Assembly (NCBI GenBank): GCA_965206595.1
Contig: OZ242214.1
Location: 6,944,001-7,008,000, forward strand
DNA length: 64,000 nt
Direction: 5' to 3'
Source of the DNA: Candidatus Latescibacterota bacterium
Lineage (GTDB): Bacteria; Latescibacterota; UBA2968; UBA8231
In this document: positions 40,594 through 50,642 of the stretch, one piece after another
How the letters are laid out: every line of letters begins with the position of its first letter
Position numbering within the stretch: the first letter of the stretch is position 1
Position numbers and translations under genes: made by a program
The notes under the pieces: model-generated
The model's database searches: none
The model's input: only the letters and a program-made list of their open reading frames with translations
Told to the model about the DNA's origin: nothing

Positions 40594-40624
40594 CGTATTA
40601 AATACAAATTTTTGTATTTAATAC
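40594..40624. promoter_or_regulatory. Two GTAT-N3-ATAC palindromes (putative UAS), cassette D
   Basis: CGTATTAAATACA at 40594 and TGTATTTAATAC at 40613. Confidence 0.72.
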
Positions 40625-41952
40625 CACTACTGTCCGGTTGAGCGTTTTGAAGAATTGTGTAAATAACTAATCTACAATGAGTTGGGCGAATAAATGACCG
40701 TTTTCGATTTGAAATCGATCGTAGATTTGGGCCATTCAGCACTGCATTTAACCAGTGAGGGAATGGCCGATGCATACGGGACGAATGGTATTCTCACAGC
40801 TCATGGATTTCCTACCCAGGCACGAGTTCAACCGATGCGTGCGTCGGTATCATGGCAATTACAGGACACGGCACTTCAAGTGTCGCGATCAGTTTCTGTG
40901 CATGGCCTTTGCGCAACTGACCGGTCGGGAAAGCCTACGGGACATCGAGACCTGTTTACGCGCGATGCAGTCCAAGCTGTATCATGCCGGCATTCGATAC
41001 CCGGTTTCCCGGAGCACCCTGGCCGATGCCAACGAGCACCGGGACTGGCGCATCTATGCCGACTTCGCTCAGGTGCTCATTGGCCACGCCCGCAAGCTAT
41101 ACAGCCAAGACGACTTCGGAGTCCAACTCGAAGAGACCGCCTATGTCTTCGATTCCAGCACCATTGACTTGTGTCTTTCGCTGTTTCCGTGGGCCCGATT
41201 CCGTCAGCGCAAAGCCGCCATCAAGCTGCACACGTTGATGGATCTACGCGGCAATATCCCCTGTTTTATTCGCATTACAGAGGGGAAGACGCACGATGTC
41301 GGCCTGCTCGACGAATTGATTCTGGAACCGGGCGCCTTCTACATCATGGATCGCGGGTACATCGACTTTGCGCGGCTGTATACCTTCACTGAGCAGGCCG
41401 CTTTCTTTGTTATTCGAGCCAAACGCAATCTGGCCTATCGCCGGCGTGCCTCGCGTGGCGTCGACAAAACAACCGGCGTGCGTAGCGACCAGCGCATTGT
41501 CCTGTGCGGCCCCCAGACCAAAAAAGAATACCCGGATGCGCTTCGCCGCATAAGTTTTTTCGACGTCGAGTCGAAGAAGCGATTGGTCTTGCTGAGCAAC
41601 CAATTCCTGCTCCCTTCTTTTACCATCGCCCAATTGTATCGATGTCGCTGGCAGGTGGAGTTGTTCTTCAAGTGGATCAAGCAGCACCTGCGCATCAAGT
41701 CATTTTTCGGTACCTCCGAGAACGCGGTAAAGACTCAAATCTGGATCGCCATCAGCATGTACGTGATGGTGGCCATCATGAAGAAGCAGCTGCGGGTCGA
41801 GCGCAGTCTCTCCGAAATTCTGCAAATTCTCACCGTGTCACTTTTCGAGAAAGTTGATATTTTACAGGTACTTACAGAAATCCACCTCCAAAACCAATCG
41901 GCATACTCTTGTAACCAGTTGAATTTATTTGACTTATAACCGGACACTACTG
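40625..41952 (+). mobile_element. IS4-family insertion sequence, complete
   Basis: TIRs CACTACTGTCCGGTT / AACCGGACACTACTG; 9-bp TSD ATTTAATAC at 40616-40624 and 41953-41961. Confidence 0.93.
40770..41939 (+). CDS. IS4-family transposase (DUF4372 + DDE)
   Basis: VFSQLMDF, FDSSTIDL, MDRGY, YRCRWQVELFFKWIKQHLRIK. Confidence 0.95.
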   Translation: MHTGRMVFSQLMDFLPRHEFNRCVRRYHGNYRTRHFKCRDQFLCMAFAQLTGRESLRDIETCLRAMQSKLYHAGIRYPVSRSTLADANEHRDWRIYADFAQVLIGHARKLYSQDDFGVQLEETAYVFDSSTIDLCLSLFPWARFRQRKAAIKLHTLMDLRGNIPCFIRITEGKTHDVGLLDELILEPGAFYIMDRGYIDFARLYTFTEQAAFFVIRAKRNLAYRRRASRGVDKTTGVRSDQRIVLCGPQTKKEYPDALRRISFFDVESKKRLVLLSNQFLLPSFTIAQLYRCRWQVELFFKWIKQHLRIKSFFGTSENAVKTQIWIAISMYVMVAIMKKQLRVERSLSEILQILTVSLFEKVDILQVLTEIHLQNQSAYSCNQLNLFDL

Positions 41953-41954
41953 AT

Positions 41955-43361
41955 TTAATACGAATCCTCCATGCGCAGCCGATGGGCCGCGGTCCCGCCC
42001 GGCTCCGCCTCTTCCCGCCTCAGCCGCCGGGAGATCCAGATCACCGACAGCAGCGACGAGGCGACCGCGGAAGCGACGAACGTCCACCAGACCGCGGTCA
42101 GTCCGAAGTCCCAGTAGCGGGTCAGGGCGTACGAGACCGGCACCGCGATCAGCACCACGCGAAGGGCGGTGATGACCATCGCCGGGACGCCGCTGCCGAG
42201 GCCCTGGAAGACCCTGCTGCTGATCAGCCCGGCCGCTATGAACGGGAAGGCGAGCACGAACACCCGCAGGTAGGAGGTCGCCACCCCGGCGATGCGCTCG
42301 TCGTCGGTGAAGGCTCCGGCCAGCTGCGGCGCGAACAGGTAGAAGCCGAGGCCGAAAACGACGGCGAGCACCTCCGCCCTGAGGATGGTGTAAACCAGGG
42401 TCTTCCTGACGAGGTCGATGCGCCCGGCCCCGGAGAACATCCCCGCCAGGGTCACCTGGCTGGTGGCGAGGGCGAACACCGGCATGAAGAAGATCGAGTC
42501 CATGCGCCCGGCGACGCCGAGGCCGGCCACCGCCTCGGAGCCGAACACCGACACAATGCGGTTGTAGAAGATGCCGCCGCCCGAGATCAGCAGCATCGAC
42601 GCCGAGGAGGGGAGCCCCACCTTGAGGATGAGGCCCGCGGTTGTCCGCGTCAGCCCCCATGGTCCGGAGCCCAGATTCAGGAAGGTGCCCCGGCGCACGA
42701 AGATGTAGAAAAGGAACACGAGCATCACCGCGAACTGACTGATGATCGTCGCCCAGGCGGCCCCGGCGATTCCCAGGCCGGCCGTGAAAATCAGCAGCGG
42801 ATCGAGGGCGACGTTGAGGAGGGTGCCCCCGGCCTGGAAGAGGACGGGGGTTCTGGTGTTGCCTTCCCCGGTCATGATCGAGCGGAAGCAGGTGTTGACC
42901 ACGACGAAGGCGAACCCCGGGGCGGCGACCTCGAAGTAGCGGACGGCGAGGGCGGCGACCTCGCCGGTGGCCCCCAGGGCCGTCATGATTCCCCCCTTGA
43001 AGAGGACGGCGACGGCGATGACGGCGGCGGCGAACAGGAGCCCCATTACGATGGTCTGGCGGGCGGCGTCCTCGGCCGCCTTCCTGTCGCCGGCCCCCAG
43101 CGAGCGCGCGATGGCGCTCGTCGCCCCGGCGCCGAGCCCGAAGACCATGCCGATGGCGAGAAAGACCACCGGCATGTTGAAGGTCAGGGCGGCCAGGGCG
43201 TCCCCCCCGAGCATGCCGACGAAGAACATGTCGGTCAGGTTGTAGAAGGTGTAGACCGCCATGCCCATCATCACCGGCAGCGACAGGGTCCAGACGGCGC
43301 GGCGCGGATTGGCGATGAACTCCCCTACCCGGCCGTGGCTCTTTTGCGGCGCTTCACTCAT
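41955..43361 (-). CDS. MATE family efflux transporter
   Basis: ~12 hydrophobic segments; YNLTDMFFVG, GNTRTP, NVALDPLLIF, GIAGAAWAT. Confidence 0.93.
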   Translation of the reverse strand: MSEAPQKSHGRVGEFIANPRRAVWTLSLPVMMGMAVYTFYNLTDMFFVGMLGGDALAALTFNMPVVFLAIGMVFGLGAGATSAIARSLGAGDRKAAEDAARQTIVMGLLFAAAVIAVAVLFKGGIMTALGATGEVAALAVRYFEVAAPGFAFVVVNTCFRSIMTGEGNTRTPVLFQAGGTLLNVALDPLLIFTAGLGIAGAAWATIISQFAVMLVFLFYIFVRRGTFLNLGSGPWGLTRTTAGLILKVGLPSSASMLLISGGGIFYNRIVSVFGSEAVAGLGVAGRMDSIFFMPVFALATSQVTLAGMFSGAGRIDLVRKTLVYTILRAEVLAVVFGLGFYLFAPQLAGAFTDDERIAGVATSYLRVFVLAFPFIAAGLISSRVFQGLGSGVPAMVITALRVVLIAVPVSYALTRYWDFGLTAVWWTFVASAVASSLLSVIWISRRLRREEAEPGGTAAHRLRMEDSY

Positions 43362-44419
43362 CGATTCGAAGTTACGCTATTGCCCCGAAGGGGGATCAAA
43401 TCGGGATTCCGGCCATGTGCGGCGATCGGTCGGCGGCTGCCGAGTTATTGGCTTCCTGGCCCTGTGCAGGATCTGCCGCCCAACCGGGGTGCGGTGAATC
43501 ACCGCATGGTCGCCCCCGAGAGCCTCGACGAAAACCGCCGGCGCGGCCTCCGTCGGGAGCCTGGAGGCCAAAACCATCCCAGGGGCGGGGCTACGTGACA
43601 TCCGCGATCAGCCTGGGTTAGTTTCCCGGCGTCCCGCGGACCAAACCGCCGCGGACATTCCGTGCTCCATCCGGGAAGCCGCCGCGGGCCCGCGAAAACA
43701 GGTAAACCGAGGCCGGCGCTCGCGGTCTCGCCCGCACTACTGTGGCCGCCGCCGTAGAAAGAACCGGCCGGAAGGAGAAGCAAGTGAACTACGACGCGAC
43801 GACGCGAACCTTCGATTGCGAACCGACTCTCACCGACTTCGAGGTGCTCGACTTCTGCATCAACGGGTACCTCATGCTGGAGGGAGTGGTGCCCGACGAC
43901 GTCAACCGGCGCGCCTGCAACTACCTCGACGGCAGGATCCCGGCGAACCCTTCCTGGATCCCCGACGGCCTCGACGAGGAGCAGCTCGAGCGTATCCGCA
44001 ACTCGCACGAGCCGAGCTCGATCTTTCTCGAGGACTGGTACCTCGAGCACGTGCTCCTCAACCCGGTGCTCTGCGGGGCCATGCGCTCCCTCCTGGGAAG
44101 GAACGTCGGCCTTCCGGTGCTGGCCAGCCTGCACAAGACCGAGGGGCCGAGGGAAGCCCAGGGATGGCACCAGGACGCCGACCGCATCTTCGGCCCGGAG
44201 CTCGAGTTCGTCGAGGTCTTCTACTTTCCGCAGGACACCCCGGCCGAGCTGGGGCCGACCGAGTTCGTCCCCGGCACCCACTTCAGGATGCAGGACCACC
44301 AGGGGGACCACGAGGGGGTGCTCGCCTCCGGGCCGGCCGGCACCATCGGCATCCACCACCAGAGCATCCTGCACCGCCGCGGCGAGTCGACGCCCGGGGT
44401 CCGGCGCATGCTCAAGTAC

Positions 44420-46279
44420 CCCTTGTTATTCATGGAATTTTAGTGGAGAGGGCTGTACTGGGTGCCTCCCATGCTTAGATTTCAGAGGGAAACACAAGGC
44501 AGTATCGCCCTTTGAACCCATCACACAGTAGGACACCCAATGGGTGAATTACCGTCACACACCGAGTCCGAGCAAGCCGGGCCGATTCAGCCGTCTTTCA
44601 ACCGCTCCATCCACATCGAAGCCCGCCCCACCCACCTTGGCAGCGACACCGGTGCGCTGATGTTGCGTCAACTGCTCGAACACAGCCGGGTTCTGGATTG
44701 GCTCGACGCCCACTTCGAGGATCTCCGTACCCAAGACCAGATCACGCACCCGCTGCCGGAGCTGCTGCGCACACAGATCGTGCTGCTGGCACAGGGCTGG
44801 ACCCACGCCGCCGACGCCGACGCGTTGCGCCAAGATCCGATCCTGCGTCTGGCGGTCAGCGATCGCAAAGGGCAGGCGCCGTTGCGCAGCGGCGACGAAG
44901 ACCGGCCGCAGGGACTGGCCAGTCAGCCGACGCTGTCGCGCCTGCTCGAGCAAGCCTCGACTGCCTATAACCGCGAGGTGTTGGAGGAAGCCGTCCTGCG
45001 CAGCGCCCGGTCTCGTTGCCGGCTGCTGGAAGGACGGATGAAATACGAGGAGTTGGCCGTCGACATGGATGCCCTGCCGATGCCGGCGCACGGGCACCAG
45101 GCGGGGGTCGAATACAACGGCTACTTCCACGCCTCGGGGTACCATCCCCTGCTCCTCGGCTCGGCGCAGACGGGCGATTTCTTCGGTGCCGTGCTGCGGC
45201 CGGGCAACGTGCACGCCCATGAGGGTGCCTCAGAGGCTCTCGGCAAGCGCTTGGACTGGATTCAGTCGCATCTGGCCCGGCGCCTCATCCTGCGCTTCGA
45301 CGCGGCCTCGGTGAGCGGGTCTTTCCTGAGTGAGCTGGAAGCGCGGGCCGACACCTCGTACGTGGCGCGCATCAAGAAGAATGCGCGCCTGGAGGAGCTG
45401 GCTCGTGCCTGGGTGGAAGGCTATCAGCAGGAGCTGGCGCAGCACCCGGAAGAGCTGCGGGAAGAGGGTTTTCGCTGTCGCGAGCTGCGTTATCAAGCCA
45501 GGTCCTGGGCGCAGCCCCGGCGGGTGGTGTTGGTCCTGGTCCCTTCCGAGACGGAAGAGCTGCCCATCGCCCGCCACTTCTTCCTGATCACCGACCAGAG
45601 TCCCCAGACGATGAGCGGCCGCGACCTGGTCGCCTTTTATCGTCAGCGCGGCCTTTTCGAGCGCATGCTCGGCGAGTTGAGCTCCACCCTCCAGCCTCAG
45701 CTCTCCTCTACCACCCGTCGCAAGCAACACTACCGGGGTCGAGAGCCGCGTCAGCGCACCCCGTCCCGGGATGCCTTCGCTGCCAACCAGGCGCTTCTGA
45801 CCTTGAACCTGCTGGCCTACAACCTGCTTCACCTGGGCCGCCAGGCCGCCGAACGCGCCGAGGCCCGACGCGGGCGGCCCCGCACATACGGACGCTCGAC
45901 GACGGCCCTGAGCCTGGACAGTTTTCGACGGCGCTACCTGCGCCTGCCGTCCCGCGTCACCTTGCATGGGCGCAGGGTGGGCGTCATCCTGACCCAAGGG
46001 ACGGCGGCTGCCTGGGATCGTCTGTGGAGATTTCTGGCCACGCTCAAACCGGTGGACGCGGCGATGGCGTAAGCGCAGGCCGGGTCGGTCGGGATGATGG
46101 GCTCGCAAAGGCAAGCGTCTTCGAGAAGGCGCGTACAATTTCAACAAGGTCGGTAGAGATAAGGAGACGGCTCTACCCAAAAAGCCGACTATAGAAGGGA
46201 CGCAAGCCTCTGAGGCTAAGCAAAGGGGTCTCGGAAGCGCCTATGTCCGCTTATGCGCGGGTTGAATGAATAACAAAGG
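44420..46279 (+). mobile_element. IS1380-family insertion sequence, copy 2 (intact)
   Basis: 14-bp TIRs; perfect 5-bp TSD AGTAC at 44415-44419 and 46280-46284. Confidence 0.95.
44540..46072 (+). CDS. IS1380-family transposase
   Basis: SDTGAL, LRQDP, LASQPTLSR, HGHQ..YNGY, LRPGN, YRQRG..E. Confidence 0.95.
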   Translation: MGELPSHTESEQAGPIQPSFNRSIHIEARPTHLGSDTGALMLRQLLEHSRVLDWLDAHFEDLRTQDQITHPLPELLRTQIVLLAQGWTHAADADALRQDPILRLAVSDRKGQAPLRSGDEDRPQGLASQPTLSRLLEQASTAYNREVLEEAVLRSARSRCRLLEGRMKYEELAVDMDALPMPAHGHQAGVEYNGYFHASGYHPLLLGSAQTGDFFGAVLRPGNVHAHEGASEALGKRLDWIQSHLARRLILRFDAASVSGSFLSELEARADTSYVARIKKNARLEELARAWVEGYQQELAQHPEELREEGFRCRELRYQARSWAQPRRVVLVLVPSETEELPIARHFFLITDQSPQTMSGRDLVAFYRQRGLFERMLGELSSTLQPQLSSTTRRKQHYRGREPRQRTPSRDAFAANQALLTLNLLAYNLLHLGRQAAERAEARRGRPRTYGRSTTALSLDSFRRRYLRLPSRVTLHGRRVGVILTQGTAAAWDRLWRFLATLKPVDAAMA

Positions 46280-46587
46280 AGTACAACTACTGGCGCACCA
46301 CGCCCCCGCAGAGGGACTGGGTGGCGGCGCCGGAGTTCGACTTCCGCAGCGCCTGGTACGGGGGCCACAACGCCGCCCGCTACGCCGCCCACATGTTCTA
46401 CTGGCTGTGCGGGAAGGGGGAAGAGTACCGCATCATCGGCGGCCAGGGCTGGCCGTGGCGCACCGAGAACCAGATCGGCCCCTCCTGGGGGTACGGCCGG
46501 ACCGAGGGGTACCTGCCGGACTGGCGCGACGGCAACCGCGACGGGTACTCGCGTTAGCCGCCCCTTGGCCGGGGCGCCGGCTCCCGG

Positions 46588-47340
46588 TCAGCCAGCCGGC
46601 TCGACGTTGCGCTTCAGCAGTTGCTGCTCCAGCTCCGGCAAGCTCTCCCAGAACTCCCGGCGCACCGGGTTGTGGTGCCTCAGGCTGATCAGGCGGTACC
46701 AGGAGCGCTCGAAGCCGAGCACCGCAACCGGCCGCGGTGTCGCGGTGCGGTTCGGGGTGCCGCGGTGAAGGCAGCGGGGGTCGCGGATCAGCACGTCCCC
46801 GACCTTCATCGGCAGCTCCCGCCGTGCGAACTCGCCGCGGCCGATACCCTCCAGGGCCTGCGGCCGCGGCATGCGGTGGCTGCCGTCGGCGACCTCGAAA
46901 GGGCCGTTCTCGCGGTCGACGTCGACGAAGGAAAAGTTGACGGCGATGAGGGCCGGCGGCGTCACCAGGTCCGGCTCCTCCGGAAACAGGGAGGGCACGT
47001 CGCCGTGCCAGTCCTGAAAGACGCTGCCTTTCGCCGGGGTATCCGTGGCGTACTGAACCAGCTCGACGTCCTCGCCGAGGAGCTGCCGAACGACCCCGAT
47101 GATGTCCGGGTCCCCGTGGATCCGCGACTGGTAGAAGGGGGGCTCGAACGGCAGCTGTATGTAGTGGCGCATCGGGCCGCGGTTGGGATTGGCGCGGATC
47201 TCTTCGAGGTGGTCCTCCCAGACCGGGGCGAACGCCGCGGCGACCTCGGCCACCGCGTCTGCCGGGATCTGGTCCCGCAGGATGGTGTAGCCGGTGCGGC
47301 GCACCTCCGCGGCGCGCTCGGCCAGCTGTTCTTCGGTCAT
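46588..47340 (-). CDS. Phytanoyl-CoA dioxygenase (PhyH) family protein
   Basis: QDWHGD, NGPFEV..GSH, GDVLIRD...HRGTPN; start MTEEQL. Confidence 0.9.
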   Translation of the reverse strand: MTEEQLAERAAEVRRTGYTILRDQIPADAVAEVAAAFAPVWEDHLEEIRANPNRGPMRHYIQLPFEPPFYQSRIHGDPDIIGVVRQLLGEDVELVQYATDTPAKGSVFQDWHGDVPSLFPEEPDLVTPPALIAVNFSFVDVDRENGPFEVADGSHRMPRPQALEGIGRGEFARRELPMKVGDVLIRDPRCLHRGTPNRTATPRPVAVLGFERSWYRLISLRHHNPVRREFWESLPELEQQLLKRNVEPAG

Positions 47341-47429
47341 CTCCGATATTCCCGGAAGTGGCCGGACCCGCGGTCCCCTTGGTCCCTGTCGCGATCCCCT
47401 GGTCCCCGGAGCTCCCGCCAGCAGCCCGG

Positions 47430-48590
47430 CTACCGCTCGGCGACCACCAGCGACTGGTACTTCTCCTCGTCCCATTCCGCCCCCCAGCCCGGCAGGTCCG
47501 TGGGAGCGAGGCAGCCGTCCTCGACCAGCGGCGCGTTCATCATCCCCCAGGTCTCGCCCTGTTTTCTCAGGGCGTCCGCGTCGAGGCTCATGTACTCGTA
47601 GTAGGTGGTGTTGTCGATGCAGCAGCCCAGGGTCGCGTGGATGTGGCCGTAGACCCCGCCGGTGGCGTTCATCTCGACGGTGGTGTCGTACATCTCGGCG
47701 AAGTGGGCCATCTTGAGCACGAGGGTGGTGCCGTGGCGGGCGTTGGCGCGCAGCAGGTCGGTTCCCCCCTGGATCAGCCACTGCGTCGAGATCCCTATGT
47801 CGTGCATCAGCATCTCCGTCCCCATCACCGGAACCGTCAGCTCGCGGCACAGCTCCTGGTACTGGTTGAGCTTCTGCTCGTGGAACGGCTCTTCCAGCCA
47901 GATGAAGTCCAGCTCCTCCATGACGTGGCCGACCTCGATCGCCTCGCGCAGGTCGTAGGAGCAGACCGGGTCGTTGAGCAGCTGGTAGTCCGGTCCGACG
48001 GCGTCGCGCACCTCGCGGAAGATCGGTATGTCGTACTTGCCCCCCTTGTAGGTGTGAAACTTGTAGGCGTCGATGCCGATCTTCCTGCCCGCCTCGATCT
48101 GGTGGAAGTATCCCTGCAGGTCCATGTCCCCGCCGGTGAGATAGCAGGGAATGCGCTCCCGCACCCTGCCGATGAGGGCGTGCACCGGCAACCCCGCGGC
48201 CCTGCCGGCGATGTCCCACAGGCAGTTGTCGAAGTCGCCGAACCAGCCCGGTTTCTGGTACACCCAGCGCGTCCCCTTGTGGAACATCTGGTAAAGGCGC
48301 TCGCGGTGCAGGGGGTCCTCCCCGAGGGCCATCGAGTTGACGATGCCGAGGTGGTAGCCGTCCATGGTCGACACCGGCACGCGGCCGGTGATCCCCTCGT
48401 CGGTGCGCACCTCGAGGAAGGTCTCGCGCGGCTTCGACGGCGGCGTCTCGACCGGAATCCGCTCCGGGTCGTGGCCGGCGCGGTACTGGATGCGCCGCAG
48501 TCCGGGGACCTGCACGAGCTGCGGCATGCGGCCGGGGCCGCCCCCTTCGGGCAGCTCCAGGGTGACCATCTTGATCTCGGTGATTTTCAT
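47430..48590 (-). CDS. Mandelate racemase/muconate lactonizing enzyme family protein
   Basis: MKITEI, DNCLWDIAG, YKFH, WLEEP, PGWG. Confidence 0.9.
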   Translation of the reverse strand: MKITEIKMVTLELPEGGGPGRMPQLVQVPGLRRIQYRAGHDPERIPVETPPSKPRETFLEVRTDEGITGRVPVSTMDGYHLGIVNSMALGEDPLHRERLYQMFHKGTRWVYQKPGWFGDFDNCLWDIAGRAAGLPVHALIGRVRERIPCYLTGGDMDLQGYFHQIEAGRKIGIDAYKFHTYKGGKYDIPIFREVRDAVGPDYQLLNDPVCSYDLREAIEVGHVMEELDFIWLEEPFHEQKLNQYQELCRELTVPVMGTEMLMHDIGISTQWLIQGGTDLLRANARHGTTLVLKMAHFAEMYDTTVEMNATGGVYGHIHATLGCCIDNTTYYEYMSLDADALRKQGETWGMMNAPLVEDGCLAPTDLPGWGAEWDEEKYQSLVVAER

Positions 48591-48694
48591 TGTCTCGTCC
48601 TGTGGAAGAAGGGTCGGTTGGGTATATTGAGCATCGCTTCTATCCGCTCGTCAATTTTCCACAGCCAGTTCCATGCGATCGACCGGAGAAACCG

Positions 48695-49091
48695 ATGCCC
48701 TCAGTGCGCCACATCGCCCTGCGCTGCCGCGACTGCCGAGGTCACGCGGCGCTTCTACGCCGAAGTGCCGGGCATGCGCTTCGTCGACTACCGGGGCAGC
48801 GGCCCGGCCCTCGACATGAGCGATGGCTACTTCAACCTGACCCTGCTGCCCCACGACGGGGAGCGGCCCCCCGTGGTCGAGGGGGAGGAGTACATCCACT
48901 TCGGCCTGGTCGTCGACGACCTGCAGGAAACCTGGCGGCGGGTGCGCGCCTGGGGGGCGGATGCACCGAAGACGGTGAAGGGCCGCGTGGCGATCAGCAC
49001 CGACGAGCCGCCCTCGGTCGCCTTCAAGGCCTGTGATCCCGACGGCAACGTGCTCGACCTAACCAGCGACGAAGGGGAGTGGAAGATTTAG
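48695..49091 (+). pseudogene. VOC/glyoxalase family gene with a frameshift near 48736
   Basis: MPSVRHIALRCRD continues in another frame as EVTRRFY...IHFGLVVDD...DPDGNVLDL. Confidence 0.75.
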
Positions 49092-49299
49092 CCGACCGCT
49101 TCCGGGCAAGGTTCCCCGGTTGAATCCGCGCTGCGGCTGTAGAGGGGGCGCCCCTGCGAACGGAAAGGGGTGGTTCCCGGCGGCCGGCCGGTCCTGAGAG
49201 CCTGCGCAGGCAGCTCCGCGTGAATTCGGTCGCCGCTGAATCGGCTCCCCGGAGGACGCCCCTCCGACCCGGCAGGACTGATCCACCGGGCTGACAGGG

Positions 49300-50352
49300 C
49301 TACTCCCCGACCTCCACCCCCAGCTTCTTCGCGGTCGCGACCACGCTCTCCCAGACGTCGTCGGCAACCGGTATCCCGATCCGCTCCCGCTCCGCCTGCG
49401 CCCGCGCCTCCGGGTCGCCGGGAGCCAGCACTTCGCTGTGTCCCGGGGCCGGCGCCACCTTGCGCAGGCGTTCCGCCATCTCCGCGGCGCCCGCCTGAAA
49501 CTCCTCCAGCGGCCGGAACAGGTCCGCCCTGATCGCCAGGATGGTGGTGCCGTGATGGCGCAAGATGTCGGTGCTGCGGTGGTCCTCGGCGTACGTGTCG
49601 CTGCCGGTCAGGATGCGGCCGAGGTACTCGACCGCGACGTTCAGCGCGTACCCCTTGTGCCCGGCGAACGGCAGCTGGGCGCCCCCTTCCTCGAAAGCCC
49701 GGGGATCGGTGGTCGGCCGGCCCTCCCGGTCGACCATGCACCCGGGCGGCAGCTGCTCCCCGCGGCGGCTCGCGTTCAAAACCTTCACCCCCGATATCGC
49801 CGTCGTCGCGAAGTCGAACATCACCGGATCCGCGTCTTCCCCCGCGGGGAAGCCCATGGCGACCGGGTTGGTGCTCAGCACCCGCTCGCGCCCGCCGAAG
49901 GGGGCGGCCACCGGCACGATCTCGGAAAACCCTCCGGCGACGACGATGCCGACGCATCCCTTCGCCGCGGCCATCTCGACGAAGTGGCCGACGCGCCCGA
50001 TGTGATTGCAGCGCACCGTGCCGACGGCCGCCATTCCCTGGCCGAGGGCCTTCTCCACGGCGATTTCCGTGGCGACCATGGCGGTGGTCTGCCCGAAGGT
50101 CCAGTTGCCGTCGACGAGCGCGGAGACCGCGGTCTCGCGGATGACCTCCGGCCAGTTCGCCGGCAGCAGCTGCTCCGCGAGGATCTGATCGACGTAGAGC
50201 GGCAGGTGCCAGATGCCGTGGGTGTCGACGCCGCGCAGGTTGGACCGCACCTGGTGGTCGGCGAGACAGGAGGCGTTGCGCCCGTCCGCCCCGGCGGCGA
50301 TGCAGATATCGAAAACCAGCTTGTGCAGCTTGTCAGCGGCTATGACGTGCAT
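49300..50352 (-). CDS. Ldh_2 family oxidoreductase
   Basis: GVDTHG, NHIGR, STNPVA, DFATT, GHKGY, APGDPE. Confidence 0.92.
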   Translation of the reverse strand: MHVIAADKLHKLVFDICIAAGADGRNASCLADHQVRSNLRGVDTHGIWHLPLYVDQILAEQLLPANWPEVIRETAVSALVDGNWTFGQTTAMVATEIAVEKALGQGMAAVGTVRCNHIGRVGHFVEMAAAKGCVGIVVAGGFSEIVPVAAPFGGRERVLSTNPVAMGFPAGEDADPVMFDFATTAISGVKVLNASRRGEQLPPGCMVDREGRPTTDPRAFEEGGAQLPFAGHKGYALNVAVEYLGRILTGSDTYAEDHRSTDILRHHGTTILAIRADLFRPLEEFQAGAAEMAERLRKVAPAPGHSEVLAPGDPEARAQAERERIGIPVADDVWESVVATAKKLGVEVGE

Positions 50353-50642
50353 CCGGTGTCTCTCTCTTTCTTTCAGGGGGGCGTGCAGAAGGGAACCGGG
50401 TGGTTTCACCGGAGGGGCTCAGCGGATTCGATGCGAGGCCGGCGCGGCCTCATGGCGAACTCCCTTCTGCCGCCTCACCTCCGCATTGACGCCGCCCGGG
50501 GTCATCCTATGTTCGACCCGGCTCCGGCCCGTTGAAGGCCTCCCCGGTTTCTTCAACATGCCCCGACGCGTTTTCGCAAAAGTCCATCCGGGCTGCGGCC
50601 TCCTGCAGATCAACTTTATCGACGCTGGCAAGGAGTGAAGGC

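Larger units (their letters stand above)
43784..46557 (+). pseudogene. Phytanoyl-CoA dioxygenase (PhyH) family gene interrupted by IS1380
   Basis: WHQD, GPTEFVPGTH, HRRG; removing the IS joins RRMLKY to NYWRTTPPQRDW... in frame through the stop at 46557. Confidence 0.88.

Noticed and set aside
2961-46279. Composite transposon bounded by the IS1380 copies
   Set aside because: Each copy has its own TSD and its own rejoinable target gene
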